This document shows positions 29,350 through 38,625 of a stretch of DNA of 64,000 bases, in pieces. How positions within the stretch are numbered: the stretch's first letter is position 1; each line of letters begins with the position of its first letter. The translations under genes and the position numbers were made by a program. The stretch is from Candidatus Woesebacteria bacterium (GTDB taxonomy: Bacteria > Patescibacteriota > Microgenomatia > UBA1400 > PJMF01), in the NCBI GenBank assembly GCA_050123235.1, contig JASFHL010000002.1:79326-143325 (forward strand). Direction: 5' to 3'. The notes beneath the pieces are model-generated. The model was given only the letters and a program-made list of their open reading frames with translations. It was not told where the DNA came from and ran no database searches.

Positions 29350-29422
29350 AGCGAGAGACGGGATTCGAACCCGCGACCTTCTCCTTGGCAAGGAGACATT
29401 CTAGCCACTGAACTACTCTCGC
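29350..29422 (-). tRNA. tRNA-Gly(GCC)
   Basis: Reverse-complement cloverleaf; anticodon arm tctcc-tt-GCC-aa-ggaga. Confidence 0.95.
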
Positions 29423-29499
29423 TTTTCTTAATCAAAACTTAGCTAAAATTTCTAGCACCAGTCTTTCAATTTTTAATCTCCAACTTTTAACTCATTCTG

Positions 29500-29572
29500 T
29501 GCCAAGCTGAGGAATCGAACCTCAATCTCATGTTTTTCAGACACGCGCCGTGACCAACTTGGCTAGCTTGGC
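29500..29572 (-). tRNA. tRNA-Phe(GAA)
   Basis: Reverse-complement cloverleaf; cgtgt-ct-GAA-aa-acatg. Confidence 0.93.
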
Positions 29573-29639
29573 TAATTTTATCTTATCTTAAAAACAACCT
29601 CCCTATCCTAGCCTTATTCTAAAAATTTTTCAAGCCTAG

Positions 29640-29713
29640 TGGGCAATGTAGGATTCGAACCTACGACCTCTTCGATGTAAGCGAAGCACTCTAACCAGCT
29701 GAGCTAATTGCCC
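29640..29713 (-). tRNA. tRNA-Val(TAC)
   Basis: Reverse-complement cloverleaf; cttcg-ct-TAC-at-cgaag. Confidence 0.95.
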
Positions 29714-29773
29714 TTTATTAACAACGATATTATAACCTCAATCATTGAATAAGTCTTGAGGTAATTAAATTTA

Positions 29774-29802
29774 TTGACCTCTCATTTAAAAACATATATA
29801 CT
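29774..29802 (+). promoter_or_regulatory. Sigma70-like promoter upstream of the leader ORF and peptidase gene
   Basis: TTGACC -17 nt- TATACT. Confidence 0.6.
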
Positions 29803-29867
29803 ACATATTAAGATATAAAAGTATTGCTTTATAAAAAAACCTAAAATTAATAAAGCAATCAAAAATA

Positions 29868-30026
29868 ATGAGGCATCATCTTAATTTGCTCCATAAAAAA
29901 AAAATTCATCAGTTCAGCACTGGCAGATATTTTTTTCCTCTCAATCTTTCCTTTATAAAGCAAATTATCAATCACTCTCTCCCTACAGTTTGCTGGCGGG
30001 ATGAGCTAATTAAAGGAAATATATGA
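29868..30026 (+). CDS. Possible 52-aa leader ORF (MRHHLNLLHKKKIHQF...), stop overlapping the next start (ATGA)
   Basis: Open frame translated by hand; too short to appear in the ORF track. Confidence 0.3.
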   Translation: MRHHLNLLHKKKIHQFSTGRYFFPLNLSFIKQIINHSLPTVCWRDELIKGNI

Positions 30027-31351
30027 TCACAGTCACTCCAGAAAAACCGCTATCAGCTAGCAACGTGGAGGGTGATCCTGCTACCGAAAGACAACTTTCA
30101 GCTCCTCCCCAACTTCGACCTAGAGAAATTGCTTATCAGGAACCCGGTGAGCCTTTGTCAGGAGAAAGATTGGAAGAATTAAGAGAAATTTTAGCTCTAG
30201 ATCATCAGCCTACTTTAGAAGCCTTAGCTTCTCATCTTTTTCAGAGTGACTTGGATCGAGCTCAAGAGTATTTGGCAGAATTAGCAATTGTAATGAATTT
30301 CCCAACAACGAAACTTTTTGTTCGTGATGCTAATACTGTTTTCCAAGATAAAGAAACTCTTGATTTAAAATTGAGCTTACTTGGCATAAATCCTCACACT
30401 TTTGGGGATCTTATGAGGATCAGAAATAACGATCCACAAGCAAATATAAGTAGAGCCACTTTGCTGAAAGAAGTTAATGACAGCAGCTTTACCGTAGCAA
30501 AAAGACTAGCTGAAGTTTGGACTGAAGTAAACTCAAGAGGCTACAAAGGTTACGTTGATTTATTAAATCAAATGGGTTGCACTCAAGAAAGAATAGCTGA
30601 TGCTGAAATTTTATTGGCTAATCTAGTAAACAGATTTTTACCAGGATTAACTGATGTACTTGATATCCATGATCCTCAATATAATCATAATCCAAATTTA
30701 GCATTGCCAGAATTACGACTGGCTGCAGCAAGTTCTAAAGAACTAGAAGAACTTTTTGGTCTAGATACTATCCCTTCTGCAGAATCAGATCTATTAGCTC
30801 CAGGTACGGCTACAGCTATGTTTTTTGCTAGAATTAATGAGCAAGAAAAATTAGAAAAAAAAGTGACCATTCTTCATGGCAAAGGTGATCCAAGAACAAA
30901 ACATGAAGTAGGACACGTATTAACTGATTATGCTTTAACTGATGCTGGTTTGCCTTTCTCATTAATGACTGATATGGAATTAACTGAAGCTGCCAGTAGA
31001 TTCAGCGAAAGAATGGATATCAGAGAAACTATTTTTAATCTTGCTACTTTAGTGGCAAGTTATAGATTAGCTAAAGACATAGATACATTGATGAGAATAC
31101 CACAACTAGATTTAGATAAAAAGATTTTTGTTTTGCAAGACGATATAACAGAAGCAGCGGACCAAGAATTAGATTGTGGCATTAAAGCGGCACCAGGAGC
31201 TGCTCATCTTTGGATGGGCCCTTTTGCAGTACCATATTGGATGGGTACTGCCAGCGCTGTTTCTATGAGGCTAGCTTTAAGTGAAGAAGAAAATCCTAAA
31301 ACTCAGATAGAAGCGATTGCCATGGTTTTGCAACAATATGGAGTTCTCTAG
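30023..31351 (+). CDS. Zincin metallopeptidase, divergent M3/M32-like
   Basis: HEVGH zinc motif, downstream EAASRFSE third-ligand helix, H...PYWMG C-terminal motif; AAAGGA RBS. Confidence 0.6.
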   Translation: MITVTPEKPLSASNVEGDPATERQLSAPPQLRPREIAYQEPGEPLSGERLEELREILALDHQPTLEALASHLFQSDLDRAQEYLAELAIVMNFPTTKLFVRDANTVFQDKETLDLKLSLLGINPHTFGDLMRIRNNDPQANISRATLLKEVNDSSFTVAKRLAEVWTEVNSRGYKGYVDLLNQMGCTQERIADAEILLANLVNRFLPGLTDVLDIHDPQYNHNPNLALPELRLAAASSKELEELFGLDTIPSAESDLLAPGTATAMFFARINEQEKLEKKVTILHGKGDPRTKHEVGHVLTDYALTDAGLPFSLMTDMELTEAASRFSERMDIRETIFNLATLVASYRLAKDIDTLMRIPQLDLDKKIFVLQDDITEAADQELDCGIKAAPGAAHLWMGPFAVPYWMGTASAVSMRLALSEEENPKTQIEAIAMVLQQYGVL

Positions 31352-31423
31352 AATTTTTATTTAAGAATTTTAGGGAAGGCTTAGTCTGAAAATAAGCTGA
31401 TAAATCACATATCAAATATGCCC

Positions 31424-31452
31424 TTGACTGTAAAAATGAAATACTTCATAGT
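31424..31452 (+). promoter_or_regulatory. Sigma70-like promoter of the argG-like operon
   Basis: TTGACT -17 nt- CATAGT. Confidence 0.5.
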
Positions 31453-31499
31453 AACTACAGCTTTTTTAAAAATATTTGAGCACCAAGATTAGAAAATTA

Positions 31500-31673
31500 A
31501 TGCAAAAACTAATTTTTTTTTTGCCAACACTAAGCTTTCTCTCCGATTCTAAATACCGCTATCAAATTTGCAATTCCCCAAAAATAGAAACTCATAAAAA
31601 AATTGAATTATTGGAATTTCTATTAAATAAAAATAAAAGTAAAAAACTCCCAAATGGGAGTTTTTTTTTGTAG
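31500..31673 (+). CDS. Possible 57-aa leader peptide running through the attenuator
   Basis: ATG at 31500, in frame with ORF 31476-31673; T10 tract at 31513-31522. Confidence 0.35.
   Translation: MQKLIFFLPTLSFLSDSKYRYQICNSPKIETHKKIELLEFLLNKNKSKKLPNGSFFL
31641..31669 (+). terminator. Intrinsic terminator/attenuator immediately upstream of the argG-like gene
   Basis: AAAAAACTCCC-AAAT-GGGAG followed by T9. Confidence 0.8.
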
Positions 31674-31686
31674 GCAAAGGTCATTT

Positions 31687-32886
31687 ATGTCCAAAAAACA
31701 ACAGAATAAAAAACTAATTTTAGCTTTTTCAGGTGGACTGGATACATCTTTTTCAATTCCTTATCTAAAAGATCAAGGTTACCAAGTTATCACAGTCACT
31801 CTTGATTCAGGAGGTTTTTCTAAAAAGGAATTAATAGCCATTAAAAAGAAATCAAGAAAATTAGGTGCCAGCAAGCATTACCAGGTTGATATCAAAAAAG
31901 AACTTTACGAAGAAGTTATCTCCTGGATTATCAAAAGCAATGGTCTTTATGAAGGTTCTTACCCTAACATGTGTGCTGACCGCTATCTGATTGCCAAAAA
32001 ATGTATTGAAATCGCCAAAAAAGAAAATGCAAAATATGTAGCCCACGGTTCAACTGCCATGGGCAATGATCAAGTGCGTTTTGATTTAGCTTTAATGGCA
32101 TTAGGGCCAAATATCAAAATTGTGGAACCAATCAAAGAAATCGGTGGAGATAGAAAAGTAGAACTTAATTTTTTAAAAGACAGAGGTTTTGATGTCAGTT
32201 GGAAGCACCAACAATATTCCATCAATGAAAATATCATGGGTTTAACTTACTCTGGATCAACTATTGACCAAAGTAAAGAAGCAGATAGTAAGATTTTTAA
32301 ACTTGTTACTGCCAAAGAGATAAAGAAAAGTAAGTATTTGAGCGTTAGTTTCAAAGCTGGAGAACTAGTAAAAGTCAACAATAAAGCTATGTCTGGCTCA
32401 GAAGCGATTGCCTACTTAAATAAAGTAGTCGGACAACATGGTTTTGGCAAAATGTACTATACCGGTGACTGTATTATTGGCATTAAAGGCAGGATAGCCA
32501 TTGAAGCTCCTGCACTTTATTTTTTAATCATCGCCCATCGCGCTCTAGAGCAACAGGTTTTAACCAAAACTCAAATTGATTTCGGAGTCCCAGTTTCACA
32601 GCGCCTTACGGAAATGATTTACAATGGTAAATTTTATGATCCGCTGGTGACTGATCTAAAAACTTTTCTTGACTCGCAACAAAAAAACGTGACTGGGACT
32701 GTCAAAATGAAGCTGGAATATGGACAAGCTTTGCCAGTTGAAATCAAAACTTCCAATTCATTAATTGATCATAAAACAGCCACTTATGCTCAAAGCTGTA
32801 GCTGGACAAGAGAAGATGCTGATGGTTTTATCAAACTTTATGGTTTACAGTCTAATCTGGCACATAGAATATCAACAAAAAAATGA
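31687..32886 (+). CDS. argG: Argininosuccinate synthase family protein
   Basis: LAFSGGLDTS, HGSTAMGNDQVRF, YSINEN, GIKGR..EAPA. Start placed at ATG 31687 after an AAAGG RBS. Confidence 0.88.
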   Translation: MSKKQQNKKLILAFSGGLDTSFSIPYLKDQGYQVITVTLDSGGFSKKELIAIKKKSRKLGASKHYQVDIKKELYEEVISWIIKSNGLYEGSYPNMCADRYLIAKKCIEIAKKENAKYVAHGSTAMGNDQVRFDLALMALGPNIKIVEPIKEIGGDRKVELNFLKDRGFDVSWKHQQYSINENIMGLTYSGSTIDQSKEADSKIFKLVTAKEIKKSKYLSVSFKAGELVKVNNKAMSGSEAIAYLNKVVGQHGFGKMYYTGDCIIGIKGRIAIEAPALYFLIIAHRALEQQVLTKTQIDFGVPVSQRLTEMIYNGKFYDPLVTDLKTFLDSQQKNVTGTVKMKLEYGQALPVEIKTSNSLIDHKTATYAQSCSWTREDADGFIKLYGLQSNLAHRISTKK

Positions 32887-33521
32887 AAAAAAACAAAGCC
32901 AAATACCATTTATCGCATTATCAATTTTTTGATGCCAATGTTTTACATTCAATTCCTAATACTTTAAAAACTATTATTGCCAAACAAATGGTTAATCTTT
33001 TAAAAGAACATCAAGAAACTATGCTTCAACCCAGCATGACCGAATTGATTGAAAATCTAAACACAGGCCAAGTGGTCATATCTTGGGATACTGAAAATAA
33101 TGCTGTTGCTGGTTTCGGAAGAGCTAGTCTTTGGCCAGGAAAAAATAAAAAAAAGCAAAAAGTCTATGAATTTGGTAGTTGGCTAGTGCAGAAAGAATAT
33201 CAAGGCCAAGGAATTGGCAGAAAAGTCCTTTATTTGATGATTGATTATTTAAAACGCGAAAATAAAAAATTACAAATTATCGCGGTCTGTTCTGAAAGCA
33301 ATCCTCGCCCTGTCCAAGTTTTACAGCTAGCTGGTGCTCAACTCACTAGTCAACCAAGTAATGTTAAAGTTTTACTTGGAGAAGGTGAGGCAAAAGTAGT
33401 CTTTCTGGACTTAACAAATATTGATGCTAAGTCTGTAGCTGATTTACCAAAAAAAATGATTGAGAAGTTCCAAAAACAGCTTTACTCACCAACTTATGGA
33501 AATGGTTGTGTACATCTTTAA
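32883..33521 (+). CDS. GNAT family N-acetyltransferase
   Basis: Acetyl-CoA binding motif LVQKEYQGQGIG; overlaps the argG stop (ATGA). Confidence 0.85.
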   Translation: MKKNKAKYHLSHYQFFDANVLHSIPNTLKTIIAKQMVNLLKEHQETMLQPSMTELIENLNTGQVVISWDTENNAVAGFGRASLWPGKNKKKQKVYEFGSWLVQKEYQGQGIGRKVLYLMIDYLKRENKKLQIIAVCSESNPRPVQVLQLAGAQLTSQPSNVKVLLGEGEAKVVFLDLTNIDAKSVADLPKKMIEKFQKQLYSPTYGNGCVHL

Positions 33522-33523
33522 AT

Positions 33524-34969
33524 ATGCTGAAGCAAAACCAAAACTTACTAATTGAAAATTGTGAATTAATTTATACAGTCAATCAACAAAGAGATGTTCT
33601 AGAAAAAACTGACATTTATCTTGAAGATAATTTAATTAAAAAAATTGGCAAAAATTTAAGACAAAACATAAAAAATAAAATTAACGAGACTATTGATGCC
33701 TCTGAGATGATTGCGTTGCCTGGTTTTATTAATACCCATCATCATCTTTTTCAGACACTTTTTAGAGGCATTGATCTATTAAAAAAACGACCGATTGTGG
33801 AATGGATACAAACACTTTCGGCTTTAGTTGAATTTATGGATGAAGAGGCAATTGATATCGCAGTTAAAATTGGAATTGCTGAATTACTTTTGTCTGGTTG
33901 TACTACTACTAGTGATCATTTATATGTTTTTCCACACGGGAGAGAAAGCTTATTTGATGCTGAAGTAAAAGCAGCAGAAAAAATGGCAATTCGCTTTCAT
34001 CCTATTCGCGGCAATTTATCAGTCAATGAACAAGGGGAGAGTCTTTTTCCTGACTATGTTTTAGAAACTGAAGATCAGGTTCTCAGTCGATCAAAAGCGG
34101 CTATTGAAAAATATCATGATGATTCAAAACTTTCTATGTGTAGACTCGGTTTAGGACCTTGTGGTATTTACTCAGCTTCCAAAAATCTATTTGAAAAAAT
34201 CGGCCAGTTAGCAAAAAAACACCAGCTTAACTTACATACTCATCTTTTAGAAACAGCTGATGAACATCAATTAAGCAAACAGTTATTTAAAATGGATCTC
34301 TTTGATTTTTTATCATCAACTAATTTCTTAGGAAAACATGCTTGGCATGCTCATGCTGTTTATGCCACAAAAAATGATGTCAAAACCTTAGCTAAAATAA
34401 AAACTGGCATCTCTTACACCCCTTGGTGCACTACTGCCAAAAAACAAGTTACTCCAGTTATACAAATGCTTAAACACGGCGTGCCTGTTAGCATCGGCAC
34501 TGATGGATCTGCTGGCAATGATGCCTCAAATTTAATGGTGGAGGCAAGATTGGCGGGTAGATTGCAAGGTATGAATCAAGAAGTTAAAACAGTTTCCTAT
34601 CTGCGAGCTACAGAAATATTAGAATTACTCACCATTGGCGGGGCACGTTGTTTAGGGCGAGAAGATGTTTTGGGATCGATTGAAAAAAATAAGGTTGCAG
34701 ACTTAGTACTTATTAATATTAAAGATAAATTAGAATGTAGTGGCTGTGATAATCCTTTGGAAGCTATTTTTCATACAGCTCTAAATCGCGTTGATTACTC
34801 AATAATTAACGGAAAAATAATTGTCAAACAAGGCCAATTAAACAACTCTAAACTAGATTTAAAAAAAATGATCAAAATTCATAACGCTATTGCTAAAAAA
34901 GTAAGACAAAAGGCAGAAAAAAAATTAAATAAAAATCTCAGGCTAAAATGGCAAAAAGCATTTATTTAA
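33524..34969 (+). CDS. Metal-dependent amidohydrolase, 8-oxoguanine deaminase/AtzB-like
   Basis: PGFINTHHHLFQT, LHTHLLE, WHAHAV, GTDGSAGND. Confidence 0.88.
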   Translation: MLKQNQNLLIENCELIYTVNQQRDVLEKTDIYLEDNLIKKIGKNLRQNIKNKINETIDASEMIALPGFINTHHHLFQTLFRGIDLLKKRPIVEWIQTLSALVEFMDEEAIDIAVKIGIAELLLSGCTTTSDHLYVFPHGRESLFDAEVKAAEKMAIRFHPIRGNLSVNEQGESLFPDYVLETEDQVLSRSKAAIEKYHDDSKLSMCRLGLGPCGIYSASKNLFEKIGQLAKKHQLNLHTHLLETADEHQLSKQLFKMDLFDFLSSTNFLGKHAWHAHAVYATKNDVKTLAKIKTGISYTPWCTTAKKQVTPVIQMLKHGVPVSIGTDGSAGNDASNLMVEARLAGRLQGMNQEVKTVSYLRATEILELLTIGGARCLGREDVLGSIEKNKVADLVLINIKDKLECSGCDNPLEAIFHTALNRVDYSIINGKIIVKQGQLNNSKLDLKKMIKIHNAIAKKVRQKAEKKLNKNLRLKWQKAFI

Positions 34970-34990
34970 AAATTAGTTAAAGGAGCAATA

Positions 34991-36232
34991 ATGACCTCAA
35001 TAAAAGAAAAAAAAGCTAAAAAGAGAGTTAGACAATATATTGACCAGAACATCGTTAAAAAAGTGTATTCTAACAAAGCTGTGGATAAAGTAGCTTGGGT
35101 CGTCGGCTCCACACCTCCTCCTTTAACTATAGAAATGGAAAGATTGAGATATAAAGCTCCACATCACCCTTCTCTTAAGGAAATTTTTAAAGCTAGAACT
35201 CGCTTAGCCGCAGAAATGTATTTAACCAGAACCTGTGCTCTCAATTGTCTAGGCTGCTCAGTGCCTACTTACATTCGTTGGGGTAAAGAAGAAAAAAGAA
35301 CTTGTCAAGAATGGCAGAAATTAATCATTGAGCTAAAAGAAAGGGGATTGAAAGCAGTTAAATTTATTGGTGGTGAGGTTGGTTTTATTCCATGGCTACC
35401 AGATGTAGTCAAAACTGCTTTAAATCATGATCTAGTAGCAACTGTCTTTACTGATGGGATCCCATTTCTCAGAAAGCCTGAAAGACTAGAAAGACTATAC
35501 GAACTCAGTGACGGCAAAGTTATTCTTTATACCAGCCTTGATTTTTTACCACCAAGAAAAAAACTAACATCAAAAGCTGCGCTTAATCCCGAAACTTCTA
35601 GAGCATATAAAGCTCAGGAAGCATTAAAATTCATTGATCAAGCAATTGATTTTGGTTTTCCAGTGGTTGCGCATATGATGGTTTTTGCTGGAAACTATAA
35701 TTTAATAGAAAAAATTTATCAAAAGGTGACACAGCATGGAGCTAAATTTTCTATTGGCACTATGCAAGTGGACTGCCATCTTTATCAAGGTAGAAATCCA
35801 AAAAACTATGCTCAAGCTTTGACTAAAAAACATCGAAGCAAAATTAAACAACAGATGCTCAAACTACTAAAAATTGAAGATAAAAATGTGAAAGCAGGTC
35901 GGCGAACATTTGTTAATTCTAGAGCTCATTTAGCTAGCTTGCATACAGAAGGCATTAATCCTAAAGTTGATTGCAATAATCGCTTGGGGCCACCAGCAGT
36001 TTTTGCGGTGATGCCTAATCATGATCTCAGACATTGCCCAGTGATCCAAACTTTAGATCAGGTGAAACAATGTCAAGGTTGTTCTTACGCAGTCTTCAGA
36101 GATTCAGACCCTGAAAGAGCTAAATTTTTAAAAGAGAAAGGAATATATAAACCAAAAAAGGGAGTAGTTGATTTTCCATCTTTAATTTATCCAACTGAAG
36201 AAAATAATCAACTAGAAAAATTGTATGAATAA
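34991..36232 (+). CDS. Radical SAM enzyme with a C-terminal Cys cluster (SPASM/twitch-like)
   Basis: TRTCALNCLGC (CX3CX2C), FIGGE, and C-terminal C...C...CQGC. Confidence 0.85.
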   Translation: MTSIKEKKAKKRVRQYIDQNIVKKVYSNKAVDKVAWVVGSTPPPLTIEMERLRYKAPHHPSLKEIFKARTRLAAEMYLTRTCALNCLGCSVPTYIRWGKEEKRTCQEWQKLIIELKERGLKAVKFIGGEVGFIPWLPDVVKTALNHDLVATVFTDGIPFLRKPERLERLYELSDGKVILYTSLDFLPPRKKLTSKAALNPETSRAYKAQEALKFIDQAIDFGFPVVAHMMVFAGNYNLIEKIYQKVTQHGAKFSIGTMQVDCHLYQGRNPKNYAQALTKKHRSKIKQQMLKLLKIEDKNVKAGRRTFVNSRAHLASLHTEGINPKVDCNNRLGPPAVFAVMPNHDLRHCPVIQTLDQVKQCQGCSYAVFRDSDPERAKFLKEKGIYKPKKGVVDFPSLIYPTEENNQLEKLYE

Positions 36233-37115
36233 AAATTTAAAACAAATATTAAACCAAGCTATTGACATTCATGTTCATGTTGGAGATAGATCTTATGATG
36301 ATGGAGGTCTTAAAAGACAATATACAGTTAGCGATCTAAATAAGGCAACTAAATCTTTCCTTGTTGCAAAAGCACATTTTCTTCCATTTGTGAAAGAAGA
36401 AAATAAAGTACTAGGTTCTGTTACTCTTAATTTTGGAATGAAAGCAGAGCAAGTCTTAGAGGCAAGTAAACATGTGTCACATCGGTTGACCGTTTGGATG
36501 CCAACTTTAAATGCTAAAGCCCATCAGGAAGCTGTTAAAAATGATCCTTTTTGGAAAAAACTTTTTGCTGGACTAAAACTAGGAGAACCAATTTCTGTTT
36601 TAAATGAATTAAGAGAATTGTCTCAAGAAACTTTAAAAGTACTAGAAACTATCAAAAAATTAGATGCAATCCTTGCTACCGGCCATTTATCACAACAGGA
36701 AGTGAAAATTTTAGTCAAAGAAGCAATTCAATCAAGAATTTCTGATATTGTTTTAACTCATGTTAGTTCCAGACATAATAAGTTATCAATTGATCAGCAA
36801 CAAAAATTAATTGCCTTAGGCAAAAAAAAACAAACTAGAGTTTGGAGTGAACACTGTGCTATTACTTGGATTGACGGTAAAGAAGGTGCTTACGATATAA
36901 AAAGAGATTTTGTTGAGCTAATTAAAAAAATCGGACCGAAGCATTGTATTATTTCGTCAGATACCGGCCGTTACATTGGAGATGCTAAAAAACCAAGTTT
37001 ACCAAATGAATGTTTAGAATTATTTTGCCAGCTATTATTAAATAACGGTATTAGTTTGGAAGATTTATCAATGATGTTAATTCAAAATCCTAAAACTTTG
37101 TTTAAACTAACATAA
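36225..37115 (+). CDS. Amidohydrolase-fold protein, DUF6282-like
   Basis: AIDIHVH, KAH, GSVTLN, VWMPT, LATGHLS, LTH, ISSDTG. Confidence 0.78.
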   Translation: MNKNLKQILNQAIDIHVHVGDRSYDDGGLKRQYTVSDLNKATKSFLVAKAHFLPFVKEENKVLGSVTLNFGMKAEQVLEASKHVSHRLTVWMPTLNAKAHQEAVKNDPFWKKLFAGLKLGEPISVLNELRELSQETLKVLETIKKLDAILATGHLSQQEVKILVKEAIQSRISDIVLTHVSSRHNKLSIDQQQKLIALGKKKQTRVWSEHCAITWIDGKEGAYDIKRDFVELIKKIGPKHCIISSDTGRYIGDAKKPSLPNECLELFCQLLLNNGISLEDLSMMLIQNPKTLFKLT

Positions 37116-37166
37116 CTAATCACGCTTTGTATTAATATTAACAATTTAAATTAAAAGGAAAAAAAT

Positions 37167-37712
37167 ATGATAAAAAAAACTTATCAGGTTAATATTGCCG
37201 GCCTCAAACGAAAACTACCTTTATTTCAGGTCGCCCCTGATTTGAAAATTGCTCTTTTCAATATCTTAGGTGACACAGAAGTAGTACTACATGCTGCTAA
37301 AGCCCTAGCCAAAAAAATTCCCAAAGAAGTAGACGTTTTAGTTACTCCTGAAGTTAAAAGTGTGCCACTGGCTTTTGAACTCTCAATGTTGCTCAATAAA
37401 CCATATATAGTGACTCGCAAAATTAGAAAACCATATATGACCGGTTCAATCAAAGCTGATGTAACTTCCATTACTACTGGCAAACTCCAGACTTTATGGT
37501 TAGACGGGAGAGATATTAAAAAAGTTGCTCAAAAAAAAGTAGCTCTAGTTGACGATGTGATCAGTACTGGTAGCACACTTAAAGGTCTGCGTGACTTGAT
37601 GAAAAAAGCCAAAGCAAAAATAGTAGCAGAAGTTGCTGTTTTCACAGAAGGAGATAAAGATCAATGGAAAGATGTTATTTCACTGGGACACCTACCTCTA
37701 TTTAAAAAATAG
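37167..37712 (+). CDS. Purine (adenine-type) phosphoribosyltransferase
   Basis: PRPP loop VALVDDVISTGSTL. Confidence 0.88.
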   Translation: MIKKTYQVNIAGLKRKLPLFQVAPDLKIALFNILGDTEVVLHAAKALAKKIPKEVDVLVTPEVKSVPLAFELSMLLNKPYIVTRKIRKPYMTGSIKADVTSITTGKLQTLWLDGRDIKKVAQKKVALVDDVISTGSTLKGLRDLMKKAKAKIVAEVAVFTEGDKDQWKDVISLGHLPLFKK

Positions 37713-37801
37713 ATAGTTTTAAAAAGTTATATTCTTAAAATTTGGGCCAAATATTATTTTTAAACAAAGATACAATTAATTAACAATTAAAGAAAGAAAA
37801 T

Positions 37802-38611
37802 ATGTATTCAATTTCAACATATGCTGATATCGGAGTGATTGGTGGTTCTGGTTTTTACTCGTTGCTTGATAAAGCAAAATCAATCAGCATTGATACTCCT
37901 TATGGCCCGGCAAGCGATCAGTTTAGTATTGGCAAAATTGCTGACAAAACAGTAGCTTTCCTACCACGCCACGGCTTTGATCATCGTTTTCCACCTCATA
38001 AAATACCATACAAAGCAAACCTTTTTGCCTTTAAACAACTAGGAGTGAAATTTATTATTTCTCCTTGTGCTTCTGGCAGTTTAAAAAATGAAATCAAACC
38101 AGGTGACTTTGTGATTTGTGATCAATTTGTTGACCGTACTAAGGGTAGAGAAGATACTTTTTATCACGGACCAAAAGTAGCACACATTGCTCTTGATGAA
38201 CCATACTGCCCATATCTAAGACAAATCGCTAGTACAGCAGCTAAAAAATTAAAATATCCTATCCATGACCAAGGGACCGTAGTAGTGATCAATGGTCCTC
38301 GTTTTTCTAGCCGTGCTGAAAGTGAATGGTTTAGTAATCAAGGTTTTGCTGTCATTAATATGACTCAATATCCTGAAGTAGTTTTAGCTAGGGAATTGGA
38401 GATTTGTTTTGTCAATATCTCGCTCATCACTGATTACGATGTGGGAATAAAAAATAATCCAGATGTCAAAGCTGTTAGTACAGATGAAGTAATTAAAATT
38501 TTCAAAAAAAATAATCAAAAAATCAGAAACATGCTTGTCGAAATTATTAAAAATATTAACATTAAAAATGACTGCTCTTGCCAGCACGCACTGGAACATG
38601 CAGTCATCTAA
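37802..38611 (+). CDS. mtnP: S-methyl-5'-thioadenosine phosphorylase
   Basis: GVIGGSGFY, FLPRHG, GPRFSSRAES, VINMT, TDYD. Confidence 0.93.
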   Translation: MYSISTYADIGVIGGSGFYSLLDKAKSISIDTPYGPASDQFSIGKIADKTVAFLPRHGFDHRFPPHKIPYKANLFAFKQLGVKFIISPCASGSLKNEIKPGDFVICDQFVDRTKGREDTFYHGPKVAHIALDEPYCPYLRQIASTAAKKLKYPIHDQGTVVVINGPRFSSRAESEWFSNQGFAVINMTQYPEVVLARELEICFVNISLITDYDVGIKNNPDVKAVSTDEVIKIFKKNNQKIRNMLVEIIKNINIKNDCSCQHALEHAVI

Positions 38612-38625
38612 AGAGAGGGAAATTT

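Noticed and set aside
31687-33521. argG + GNAT as an ordinary arginine biosynthesis operon
   Set aside because: No other arg genes are adjacent and the downstream genes are nucleobase enzymes. It remains possible if arg genes exist elsewhere in the genome.
34991-36232. Radical SAM enzyme as a prokaryotic viperin
   Set aside because: It lacks the viperin-type N.H...CNYxCxFC and GGEP context and has an extra C-terminal Cys cluster.
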